Positions 10,421 to 19,762 of a DNA stretch of 20,000 bases are shown piece after piece. The DNA is from Catajapyx aquilonaris (lineage: Eukaryota): positions 115,943 through 135,942 of the forward strand of contig KZ538490.1 in the NCBI GenBank assembly GCA_000934665.2. Reading direction: 5' to 3'. The notes beneath the pieces were generated by a model that was not told the origin of the DNA, did not search any database, and saw only the letters and a list, made by a program, of their open reading frames with translations. Position 1 is the stretch's first letter; each line of letters begins with the position of its first letter. A program made the translations under genes and the position numbers.

Positions 10421-11385
10421 GAGACTGTAGACTACAGTGCTTATTACATCAGAAAATAATAGCTCACCAAATACAATCATGTTGCCTACAACCTTTTTGT
10501 ATACCGCATGGAAAATTATTGTGCAAGATAATTTGTTGATGGCAATGCCTTTAAAGTTATTATATTGCAACACACTCTATTATGGACATATTTTGCAGTT
10601 AACATATGCAATTGGTGATTTTGGAACTAGCCGATTAATTAAAGTAGCATTGGTCACTCATGAGCAAAGTCTGAGGTTGCCACTTGCGTAATCAGACCTT
10701 GTAACTTCATCGTGTAAATGATTCCTTAGCGAAAGTGATTAGGCAAAATCATGTGCAATTATAATATTAGATCAGTGCCAACCCTAGAATTAGATTACAG
10801 TCCGACCACAACTGCCATGTTGTAATCCCATCTCACTCTTAACCTAAATACAAGAGACTTTGGGCCTTCTCGAATCTGCAGCGTTACATGCCATGCAAAT
10901 GATAATTTCCTTTGATGCAAGTGTGGGATTTTGCTCAAACAGCCTAATTTTCTCATGTAATTTCTGGTGTAATGTGAAAGTTACTAGTTGCAGCTTATGG
11001 GAATTTTGAGCCCCACCATGCAGAATTCCGGTTTTGTGATATAACTCTTGCTAAGATAAGGAAAGCACACAGATAATACCTTTCTTCGCACACATTACAG
11101 GGAGCTTATCTTGGAAGCCACATAAACAGTGTAAGCTTCACTTTATAGCACGATAAGTTCACATTATTTTCTGGACATACTACTGATGAGCAGCAATAAT
11201 TGAGACGTGTGGACTTGTACCACTGATTTTGATGAATTGGGCACGGTTGCCTGTCAATACTTACCACAACTTAGAGTTAATCACCATACAAAGTGTTGGT
11301 TGAACAAATCCAGCTTATAGCCTATATGGCAAGATTATCATCATAGTTATCAGATACCATTAGGCGAACCGACTAGGCTCTGGAA

Positions 11386-11409
11386 ATGGATGAAGAAGTG
11401 AAAGAGGAG
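11386..11409 (+). CDS. Multi-ankyrin repeat protein, coding exon 1 (MDEEVKEE)
   Basis: ATG at 11386 and a strong GAG|GTGAGT donor; splices in frame to give VKEE|FFTSCQEG, matching the paralogous VKEEFLYACREG of exon 5. Confidence 0.8.
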
Positions 11410-11600
11410 GTGAGTCGCTCTGTACATTACCATATTGACAAATGTGTGACTTAACTAGCATGATAACGAGCAGGAGGCTTAATTCCAGCCTCACTTACAT
11501 TCTATTTTGAAAAGGAATTGAAATGCATGGGAATGGTGTTATAATGCAGCATATTTATGACTCATTCCATACCAGCCATGTTAAAATGGATGTTGTACTC

Positions 11601-11829
11601 CAGGGGTCGAAATATTTGGATGCAAAGGTGCAATTTGCACTCCAACATGGTTACTTGCACTCCAAAGTGAGCCATGGAGTGCAAGGTTTTCACTCGAGTT
11701 GGTCTTGATTCTTAACATTGCTAATCTCAGTTATTAAAAATGAAGCACTCCAAGTAAGTAATGGACTCCAGATGAAAGTCTGGAATGCAAACTTTGCATG
11801 TAAACAAAAGATTTACGATTCGACCCCTG
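11601..11829. mobile_element. hAT-like MITE in intron 1 of the ankyrin gene
   Basis: Perfect 11-bp TIRs CAGGGGTCGAA / TTCGACCCCTG; both flanks contain GTACTC (degenerate TSD); several internal (TT)GCACTCCA(A) sub-repeats in both orientations. Confidence 0.75.
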
Positions 11830-11926
11830 CGTACTCTTATGAAACAGCTTCCATCAGCTATGCATTTGTGCTTCAAAACATTTTAATTTTTTAATAATCC
11901 ATGTTGTACAAATATTTTTGCTACAG

Positions 11927-12481
11927 TTTTTTACGTCATGCCAGGAGGGAATCTTGGAAACTGTAAAGAAAGTGGTCAAAGAAACTGGTATTGGGCAGCT
12001 GGCAGGGGAGAAGAAGGATGGTGGAGACAGTGGAATACACGTTGCAGCCAAAGAAGGAAGGGCAGAAGTTGTTTCATTCCTGATGAGGAAGGGATGGCCG
12101 GTTGATCAGCAAGGGTCTTTTGGCCTCACTGCACTGCACCACGCAGCCCAGCACGGCCACCTGTCCACATGCCGAGTTCTCATTCGAGCAAGAGCAAAAG
12201 TGCGGGTGAAGGCCAGTAATGGAGATGAACCCATCCACAGGGCTTCGCATGGGGGCCACGCTGAAGTTATTGAACTTCTTCTCAAAAGTGGGGCTCTCTT
12301 GACGGACAAAGGCTACAAAGGTCAAACACCTCTGCATCATGCAGCACGGAGAGGACATCGTGAAGCGGTTGACTTTCTTCTGTCACAAGGGGCGGATAAA
12401 ACGGAGAAGGATGCTGATGGGATGACTCCAGTGGACTATGCAAAAACACTGGGGCTTTCCAATGTAGCTGATTTGATTGAG
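11927..12481 (+). CDS. Multi-ankyrin repeat protein, exon 2 (module A1, ~5-6 ANK repeats)
   Basis: CTACAG acceptor, GAG|GTGAGG donor, phase 0-0; motifs GLTALHHAAQHGH, GDEPIHRASHGGH, GQTPLHHAARRGH. Confidence 0.92.
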
Positions 12482-12549
12482 GTGAGGGTAATTATTCATT
12501 TTGGGAGTTGTTAGTGAAGTAAATAACTATTTTCATTTGAACCCCCCAG

Positions 12550-13014
12550 AAAGGAAGTAATTCTACTGAGAATCAGTCAGGGTCAGGTTCAGCATCCAGA
12601 AGAAGGAACTTGAAGAAACAACATGCCATTGATGATGATGACATGACACATGACACTTCTGCCAAGCAAAGTCACTCATCCCTGCCACCAGAGCATCAAT
12701 CAGATGCTGGGTCATCACAAGATGACAATACGCCTGATCCCATAGATGAAGACGACATGGCCCATGGCACTCCTCCCTCGCAAAGTCGCTCATCCCCATC
12801 ACTAGAACATCAATCAAACGATGGGTCCTTGCATGACGACACTTCACCTGACCCCACAGATGAAGACGGGAATGACGATGATTATAGCCAGAACCAGGAG
12901 AGTGAGGATGAAATATCTGCCACTCACACTTTCATGCAGCAGGACTCGCAGCCATCTACCTCAAGTCGCTTTGGCTTCAATCGGAGAGAGGAGTATGCGA
13001 ATCAAAGACAAACT
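12550..13014 (+). CDS. Multi-ankyrin repeat protein, exon 3 (acidic Ser/Asp-rich disordered linker)
   Basis: CCCCAG acceptor ending at 12549, ACT|GTGAGT donor, open phase 0-0 frame of 155 codons containing a 38-aa internal repeat. Confidence 0.8.
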
Positions 13015-13141
13015 GTGAGTGAAATAGTCCAACATTTTCCAACAGATTTGCCGTTCCTCATTGTAGTGTAAGCACTGAAAAACAATGGTCCGTAAAATGA
13101 CTTACTACTCCAATGAGTACAATACACATGTTACATTGCAG

Positions 13142-13582
13142 GTGGATCCGGTAGCTGACTTCCTAGATGCGTGCAAGAAAGGCCGTTTGATCAAGGTGAA
13201 AGAGTTGGTGGAAAGAGAGGGGCTGGATGTAAATGAAGCAAAGGACGGCTGTGGTTGGACTGGCCTTCACTTCGCTGCTTGGATGGGCCACCGGAACGTT
13301 GTTGAATTCCTGCTTGAGCAAGGGGCAAAAGTGGATCACAGGGATGGAGCATATGCCAGCCAGACTCCATTGCACTTGGCATCATGGAATGGCCATGAAC
13401 CTGTAGTGCGTCTCCTTATGGATGAAGGAGCAGACCCTAGGAAAAAGGACGATTATGATGAGACACCTGCTCAGTTGGCCAAGGACGAAGGACATGTGTC
13501 ACTTGCTCAAGTCATTCAGGAGGAGGAGAAGCTGGTTGTAACATGTGGATTGAAGCACGAGAGAGGCGATGCCAAAGAAAAG
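13142..13582 (+). CDS. Multi-ankyrin repeat protein, exon 4 (module B1)
   Basis: TTGCAG acceptor, AAG|GTGATA donor (an alternative in-frame GTAACA donor lies at 13538); motifs GWTGLHFAAWMGH, QTPLHLASWNGH. Confidence 0.88.
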
Positions 13583-13773
13583 GTGATATTACCATTAAGT
13601 TACTTTATGACCAACATTTAGTGCTTTCTGGAGAAAATCACTTTGAATGTGTCTGTTTTGTATAGAACTCATCAGATTGGACTTGTTAACATTGTTATAT
13701 GTTGAGCATACAAAATACCTTCTAAAATTTTTGAATAGCAGTTACAAAAATTGTAATATTTCTTCTTTCCAAG

Positions 13774-14343
13774 GTGAAGGAGGAATTCTTGTATGCCTGC
13801 CGAGAAGGTTTGTTGAAGGTGGTAAAGAACAAGGTGGAGACAAAGGACATTGAAGAACTCATGGAGTGGAAGGATAATTTGGGCGACAGTGGGATCCACC
13901 ATGCTTCCTGCAAAGGACGCGATCAAGTGGTTTCGTACTTGTTGAGTGCAGGATGGGATGTAAAGCAGAAGGGTTGGTTGGGATGTACACCACTTCATCG
14001 AGCTGCTGAATATGGCCACCTCTCTACATGTGAAATATTGATAGCTCAAGATGAGGCGGCTGTGAAGGATAGGGACAGCAATGGTGATCAGCCAATTCAC
14101 TCAGCTTCAGCTGGAGGTCACGTGGAAATTGTCGAGTTGCTCTTGGAAAAGGGTGCAAAGACGGAAGACCGAGGATGGAATAATCAGACTCCACTCCACA
14201 GGGCTGCATTAGACGGCCACTTGGATGTTGTCCTCTTCCTCATGTCGAAGGAAGCAGATACCCTGGCTGAAGATGCTGATGGAAATCTTCCACTTCACTG
14301 GGCCAAGAAAGTTGAAAAGGCTGCGGTCGTACATGTATTAGAG
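13774..14343 (+). CDS. Multi-ankyrin repeat protein, exon 5 (module A2)
   Basis: Pyrimidine tract plus AAG acceptor, GAG|GTATAT donor; motifs GCTPLHRAAEYGH, GDQPIHSASAGGH, QTPLHRAALDGH. Confidence 0.92.
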
Positions 14344-14420
14344 GTATATCTTGTGTGCACATTTTTTCTTTAGGCATAAAAATGTATGGAAATAACAAAT
14401 CACCAGTTATTTTTATTTAG

Positions 14421-14807
14421 GTGAATCCAGCTAAGGAATTTTTAGATGCCTGCAAGAAGGGGAGCTTAGCGAAAGTGGCAGACTGGGTAGTGGCAAAGGG
14501 ACTGGACGTTAATGAGGTGAAGGATGACTGTGGGTGGACCGGGTTGCATTTTGCTGCTTGGATGGGCCAGCTGGATGTTGTCAAGTTCCTGATTGACCAA
14601 GGAGCAATGGTAGATCAAGCTGAAGGTGCTTATTCCAGCCAGACACCTTTGCATCTGGCAGTGTGGAATGACCAGCATCATGTGGTGAGATTTCTTCTCG
14701 GTCGAGGTGCAGACCCAAAGAAGCAAGATGACTATGAAGAAACTCCAGAGGAGCTGGCTGTTAAGATAGAAAATACTCCTATCATACAGGAGTTCCGAGA
14801 GCACAAG
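14421..14807 (+). CDS. Multi-ankyrin repeat protein, exon 6 (module B2)
   Basis: TTTTATTTAG acceptor, AAG|GTAAAG donor; clear paralog of exon 4 (shared FLDACKKG and CGWTGLHFAAWMG). Confidence 0.9.
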
Positions 14808-15076
14808 GTAAAGGTGTCTATACTTGATTGATTTACACTGTGCGTTTCAGTATTTAGTTCACACTCTTATAAATTAAAATCTTGCATGCCCATTTCCAAT
14901 TGAGTGCAGCTCTGAAGGAGAGGTGTTTGAGTCGAGCATGTCAGCTCAATTCTGAAGTGCAAGGTATTCACTCTCATGCCGAAATGTTTTTTCAGGCCCA
15001 AGAAATGTTTTGTTTGCACTTATCTCGGTAGAAGTACAGTCATGTAACTAACAAAAAATCGTGCTAATACCCACAG

Positions 15077-15643
15077 GAGCAAAGGGATTTTCTTCAGGCC
15101 TGCCGAGATGGTTGCATGGACGAAGTGAGAAAAGCTGTGAAGGAGAAAGGAGTGGAAGCGTTGCAAGACATAAAAACTGAGTGTGGAGACAATGGGATTC
15201 ATATTGCTGCCAAAGAGGGTAAGCTGGAAGTGGTGAAGTACCTGATGAGAGAAAAATGGAGGGTGGACGAACAGGGTGGATGGCGTTGGACTGCTCTCCA
15301 TAGGGCAGCTCGGGCAGGTCATCTGCCTGTATGTCAGCTGCTAATTAAAGAAGGAGCGACTGTGAATTTGAAGGACTTGAAAGGTGACCAACCCATTCAC
15401 TGTGCAGCAATGAGAGGACACACAGATATAGTGAAGCTCCTTCTCAAAAAAGGAGCAAATGTGAAGGATGCAGGGTGGAACAGTCAGACTGTTCTTCACA
15501 TTGTTGCAAGGACTGATAATGTGAATCTTGCCCGCTTCCTTATATCAAAGGGAGCCAGCTCAATGGTAAAGAATGGCAATGGAAAGACGGCCCTGGATCT
15601 GGCGAAGGAGAAAGGAGACGAAGGGATGATCAGCGTTCTGGAT
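15077..15643 (+). CDS. Multi-ankyrin repeat protein, exon 7 (module A3)
   Basis: CTAAT branch point plus CCACAG acceptor, GAT|GTGAGT donor; motifs WTALHRAARAGH, GDQPIHCAAMRGH, GKTALDLA. Confidence 0.92.
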
Positions 15644-16297
15644 GTGAGTATGTGAAATGCTGGTCAGAATGTCTCATAATTTAGATGGCACTTTGTCTGA
15701 AAAAATAATATAGCATTGTTTGCATGAAAGAAACATGGGATGTTTCTTATCAAGTAGGAGAAAGTACTTAGTGGAGCCTACTTTACCTTCAACTAGATGA
15801 AAATTTACACTGCAACTCACCTGGGGTATAAAAGACAATCCTAAATCAATTACCTGCATCATGATGACTTCTGTTATTACATGCACACATTTGAGTAGGG
15901 GCATTAAATTGAGGAAATAGTGAGAGTTTTGGGGGACTAACTTTGCTGGTCAGAAACACAGGACAAATTCACCTTTGCTTACAAGAGTACTGCATACCAA
16001 ATAAGAAACATAGGTTCCTGTTAATCTATGACAGAGCAGATGTTAAAAATTCCACTAAATAACTGAAAGATCTGTAAAGTGCTGGAGTATTTCTGAATGT
16101 GTGGAACTGTGAGAACCTATCTCATAAAGTCATAATTAATGGCGATAGTGGCCAGTTACTGCCCCCTGCCAAACAAAATTCACTTTAAATTGCACTGTAC
16201 TCAGTTTACTACAGATAATTACAGGTCCAATGATTAAGTTCTAGGCGTCTCTACAGTGCCTATGTTTTCAACTAATTTTCTTGTGTTAATTTTTCAG

Positions 16298-16339
16298 GGC
16301 CAGCGTCATAGGAAACTGTCACGATCTAAAACAAAGTGA
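16298..16339 (+). CDS. Multi-ankyrin repeat protein, probable terminal exon 8 (GQRHRKLSRSKTK*)
   Basis: CTAAT branch point, long U-tract and TTTTCAG acceptor; phase-0 compatible; TGA at 16337-16339; ATTAAA at 16401-16406. Confidence 0.65.
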   Translation, partial: GQRHRKLSRSKTK

Positions 16340-17030
16340 TTTTCAAATAACTCTTCCACTGCTCATGTGAATGTTTCACAGAGATACGGAAAAAGACAAA
16401 ATTAAACACAATTTACATTATGAAAAATTATTTTACACACCCTTTCATAAATATCATTGTGTATCATCATGGTACCACTGTCTTATTGCATTACAATATG
16501 ACCATAATTTTAAGCTCTAGCTGGTTTTGCTTGGGACACGCATTTTTGGAGCCACTTGACTTTCAACCACTTTTGATGTGGCTGTGCCGCCTGTGCCACA
16601 CCATCTTTGCGTAACATGATATAGAGGGCATCATGGAGAACCCAATGCCACCTCAAACTAATTTTTTCCCATGGTCGGATATAGCTGCTTTTGCTTGGGA
16701 GCTCTTTGCTTCTGATGGCATTGGCTAATTTTGCAGGAATGCCACAATGGGCAGATTGAACAAGACATCGTTCCATATCAAAGGGTAAATGACAAGATGT
16801 GTTAATTTAGCGATTAGTGTCATCAAGAGTAAAGGTGTCATTGACTACCACTGAGGGGGGCAGGGTTGAATTGGAAGTAGGGCTCATGAATTTGACAAGA
16901 AGATTTTCTTGGGTCGCCAGTGAAAAAGATTGGGAAGCACCGATATAGGGGAAAGAATAGACTACCCGGGCCCTTCCAGGTGGTAGGCGCTGATTTGTTG
17001 AAGCTAGCCAATCATCACTTGAGGCACCAT

Positions 17031-17156
17031 CCCACGCGAACATGGAGAGAACCCAACCAAACTCTTTCCACATAAGGGTCATCTGTCCGATCCGAGGATC
17101 TAACTCGAGACCTCAGAGGGGGAAGGCTGTGGCTCTAACCACTACACCACTGTTCC
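17031..17156 (-). mobile_element. tRNA-derived SINE head plus start of a conserved central domain (V/Meta-SINE-like), truncated
   Basis: Minus strand: A box TGGTGTAGTGG (17149-17139), B-box-like GAGTTAGATCC (17106-17096), then TGTGGAAAGAGTTTGGTTGGGTTCTCTCCATGTTCGCGTGGG, resembling from memory the SINE core TGTGGAGTTTGCATGTTCTCCCCGTG..GCGTGGG. Confidence 0.7.
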
Positions 17157-17416
17157 ACTCTGTGATCAACAGTATTAGGCTAGTTGCTAATATTAGGTTG
17201 ATGGATCAGCCCTCTTTCTTGACACTTGAGCAGTAATAGTGTTAAATTTCATGTCAAAAATTTAATGTGCCATCATAATTATGTCCACCAATTACTACGG
17301 AGAGAAGAGGGTAAGTTATGTTGTATTTTCAACATTATGAAGCTTTTATAACAAATATTGTTCATTGTAGAGCAGGAACTCGTAACATCCACTTTTAATA
17401 ATTATGTACAGTAATT

Positions 17417-17651
17417 TTATTCAATCGATATATTCTGGTTATCCAACATTTCTTGGCGGAAGCCTGTATCTTGCAATGCATGATTCATGAACTTGTATAT
17501 ATGTGCAAATTGTGCCATGGTTCTGATCATTTTGGCTCTGTTATTGGCAAGCGCCACCACAGTTTCAAATATGTTGACCTTTTGCTCATACAAAGCTTGT
17601 TGCAAAAGGATGTCTGCAGCTACGAACACTCCGGTGCGGCCAACACCAGAA
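17417..17651 (-). CDS. Receptor-type protein tyrosine phosphatase, terminal exon (P-loop second half, Q-loop)
   Basis: TTTCAG acceptor; (S)SGVGRTGVFVAADILLQQ...VNIFETVVALANNRAKMIRTMAQFAHIY; the TAA stop overlaps an AATAAA. Confidence 0.92.
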
Positions 17652-17693
17652 CTGAAATAAATAAAAAATAAAAAAATTGTGCTTTCAATATTA

Positions 17694-17920
17694 GGGGAGA
17701 CCGGGGCTAGAATGATGGTACACAGTCATTTTACACTTCATTTTTTTCCTGATGCCAGTTAAGACTTTTTCACTGTAATTTTTATATTAATATTAGACAT
17801 TTGAGCATATATAGGCCTTTGTGATATTTTCACATGTTTGCATTTTAGATATGCTATCCACTAGAAATTATTTGAAAATTCTCTGCGTGTGCCATCATGC
17901 CCCTTGCCTGGGGAACAATG
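17694..17920. mobile_element. Truncated DNA-transposon/MITE end in the last PTP intron
   Basis: TA followed by GGGGAGACCGGGGC...ATGATGGTACAC, with an internal inverted copy GTGTGCCATCATGCCCC (17887-17903); would explain why this intron is 409 bp versus 60-77 bp for the others. No matching distal TIR seen. Confidence 0.5.
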
Positions 17921-18060
17921 TTTTTAGTGACTAACAGGCAGTCATAAGAGTCATGGACAGGGATCGTCATCCCAGTCCAATTCACCTGTTTTAAACCCAT
18001 TTTGAACCTGTTTAATACCCATTACTCAGTATCTTGATTCTCGCTGCATCAGTGTCTCAC

Positions 18061-18221
18061 CTGCAGTGGACTAGTGTTAGAACTCTCTTATCCATTGCTT
18101 TTCTAGCCTCTCTGATGAACAATAGCAAGATTCTGTTGTCCACGGGGCAGTCGTCGTTGTTCCACAGTGAAAACTGCAACTGGGTCACAGTTCGGTACTC
18201 TCCTCTGTATATTGAACTCGA
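18061..18221 (-). CDS. RPTP exon (WPD-loop region to VHCS)
   Basis: TTCCAG acceptor; SSSIYRGEYRTVTQLQFSLWNNDDCP...LTLVHCS; AG|GTGAGA donor, phase 2. Confidence 0.88.
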
Positions 18222-18283
18222 CTGGAATCAGTGTATTAATGTGAAAATGCCAATTAAAAGTTAGGGACAATTTGTATACTCAC

Positions 18284-18400
18284 CCGTCTAACTGAGAATG
18301 TGCGCTTCACGTAAGGACCACTTTTCTCAGATTTTAAAGTTTTAACAACAATGTCTTCGTAGTCTACCTTATCATCATCCCAGTACTGGTGACATTTTCC
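18284..18400 (-). CDS. RPTP exon (KCxQYW motif)
   Basis: GKCHQYWDDDKVDYEDIVVKTLKSEKSGPYVKRTFSVRR; canonical AG acceptor and GTGAGT donor. Confidence 0.92.
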
Positions 18401-18460
18401 CTGGAAGTAGAAATATGATTCCCTCATACTTGTGAGCGATCAATTTAATTAGTGGCTTAC

Positions 18461-18595
18461 TTTTCCCCTTTCGAAGCATTCTGTCAGCATAATTATCAGC
18501 TTGACCTTTTCTTGCCACACCATCCGCCAGAAATCCTCGCACGTTGCTCGGTTTGGTCCCTGAGCTGCTATGTACTCAAATTCCCCACTGTACCC
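18461..18595 (-). CDS. RPTP exon (YIAAQGP / DFWRMVW motifs)
   Basis: GYSGEFEYIAAQGPNRATCEDFWRMVWQEKVKLIIMLTECFERGK; canonical splice sites. Confidence 0.95.
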
Positions 18596-18659
18596 CTGGA
18601 AATGTGTAACATTGTCAGTTGGACAAATCTTTATGTTTCCTCCACAGCAGTGTTATAAC

Positions 18660-18733
18660 CTCAATGTATGAAGCATTGATGTAATCTGATGATTCAGCAG
18701 GATTAGGTGTTAACTTGACCCTGTCCTTGTCAT
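18660..18733 (-). CDS. RPTP exon (DxxRVKL / DYINAS motifs)
   Basis: (Y)DKDRVKLTPNPAESSDYINASYIE; TTGCAG acceptor, GAG|GTTATA donor. Confidence 0.93.
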
Positions 18734-18802
18734 CTGCAAGCAACAAGCATTCACCGCATCATCTCACGTGTTACAGTGCATGGAAATAACATTGTGACTT
18801 AC

Positions 18803-19041
18803 ATGGATGAACTTCCTTGTCCCTGTTCTTGGGCTCATTTTCTGGCCTACTTGCTACATCCATGGTGTAATCAAAAGCACAGCACACTTGCTGCAGCCTG
18901 TCATATTCATCCAGCAAGAGGGTGTCACTTTGATCCATTAGCAAGTTAAAATTGGTCTCGAAGTGATCGATGTCTATGGCTCGTTGCTCGTCTATGAACT
19001 GGCGTCTTCGAGTGTTTGAGACGAGAGACGTTTCTTCGGAC
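18803..19041 (-). CDS. RPTP exon (juxtamembrane region and start of PTP domain)
   Basis: SEETSLV...LLLDEYDRL...ASRPENEPKNRDKEVHP; CTCTAG acceptor, T|GTAAGT donor. Confidence 0.9.
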
Positions 19042-19111
19042 CTAGAGTATGTGCAGTGGTTACAATAGTGATCGACACAGAACACACTGAAAATATTGGC
19101 GCGTCACTTAC

Positions 19112-19226
19112 CTTTTTCGAAGCTTCCTGCGGTACATCAGAGCGGAGGAAATTACCGCTGCGACTACTATAATTGCCACGGAACATCCGATTATAATGGT
19201 CAGTAAGTTGGATCCTTCAGGTTTAA
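19112..19226 (-). CDS. RPTP transmembrane exon
   Basis: KPEGSN-LLTIIIGCSVAIIVVAAVISSALMY-RRKLRKR: hydrophobic span followed by a basic stop-transfer cluster; GCACAG acceptor, AG|GTAAGT donor. Confidence 0.92.
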
Positions 19227-19303
19227 CTGTGCGGGGAGGATAGTGTGATTCAGTCATATCTAATGGCTTGATAGTTTCTCTGCATGGTTTTGAAGATGCG
19301 TAC

Positions 19304-19588
19304 CATCAGACGAAGTTTGGGCACTTATACCAAGTTGAGGGCCCTCTGCCACAGTGAAAGCTGACACATTCACTTTATACGTAGTCGCAGGCTCCAAATT
19401 CGTGATGGACAACTCTTTACTGTGGCAGTCAGTTTCGTTGTAACTGGAATTGCTTGGGATGTCAGGACCTTGGTAGCGGACTATGTACTTGCGAATGATC
19501 CCGTTGCTTATGATCGGATCGTCCCACTGCAACTGTACGGACGTGTTGCTTCGTTTGGCGACTCTCAAGTTTCGCAACAGTCCAGGAG
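19304..19588 (-). CDS. RPTP fibronectin type III exon
   Basis: Phase 1-1 exon of 285 nt: PGLLRNLRV...SVQLQWDDPIISNGIIRKYIVRY...LSITNLEPATTYKVNVSAFTVAEGP, a typical FN3 consensus. Confidence 0.92.
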
Positions 19589-19659
19589 CTGTGGACCCAA
19601 CGGAAAAATTTGATCGATTTTGAGAAGGTACTTGCCCAACTGCATGGTAATTCGCTCAC

Positions 19660-19762
19660 CCTGAACATTTGCACCATAGATGAGCAGAAACCCACCAATG
19701 CGCGAAATTATTGAAGATACAATGTCGTGGATTTTTCCACAGACAAAGGCAGTATTTAGCCA
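19660..19762 (-). CDS. Possible further upstream RPTP exon (5' boundary unresolved)
   Basis: CAGG|GTGAGC phase-1 donor at 19660/19659 compatible with the FN3 exon; open frame WLNTAFVCGKIHDIVSSIISRIGGFLLIYGANVQ; acceptor choice uncertain. Confidence 0.35.

Larger units (their letters stand above)
4368..10435 (+). other. Probable long (~6 kb) 3'UTR of onecut
   Basis: No credible coding exons; rich in homopolymers, microsatellites and U-tracts; contains miRNA seed matches and Pumilio elements; this character ends shortly after AATAAA at 10415-10420. End position is inferred. Confidence 0.55.

Noticed and set aside
4600..10700. Many short ORFs in the putative UTR (e.g. poly-Asp ORF 8050-8286)
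   Set aside because: Derived from microsatellites and U/A-rich tracts; no coherent splice structure or homology.
14910..14963. Possible mini-exon between ankyrin exons 6 and 7 (TGCAG...AAG|GTATTC)
   Set aside because: In phase 0 it reads CTC TGA; its open frame needs phase-1 junctions that the flanking exons lack. Could only be an alternative terminal or poison exon; unsupported.
11927..15643. Horizontal transfer from an endosymbiont (ankyrin-rich bacteria) or identity with ankyrin-1/2/3
   Set aside because: Canonical spliceosomal introns throughout and no bacterial context; no ZU5 or death domain, so no gene symbol assigned.
16510..16776. Minus-strand ORF with SAHCGIP, reminiscent of the retroelement RNase H motif W(V/I)P(A/S)HxGIxGNE
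   Set aside because: Only about five residues match and the GNExAD continuation is missing; cannot be supported without a search.
17085..17156. Functional tRNA gene
   Set aside because: B box is degenerate, no convincing cloverleaf or poly-T terminator, and it runs into SINE-like core sequence.
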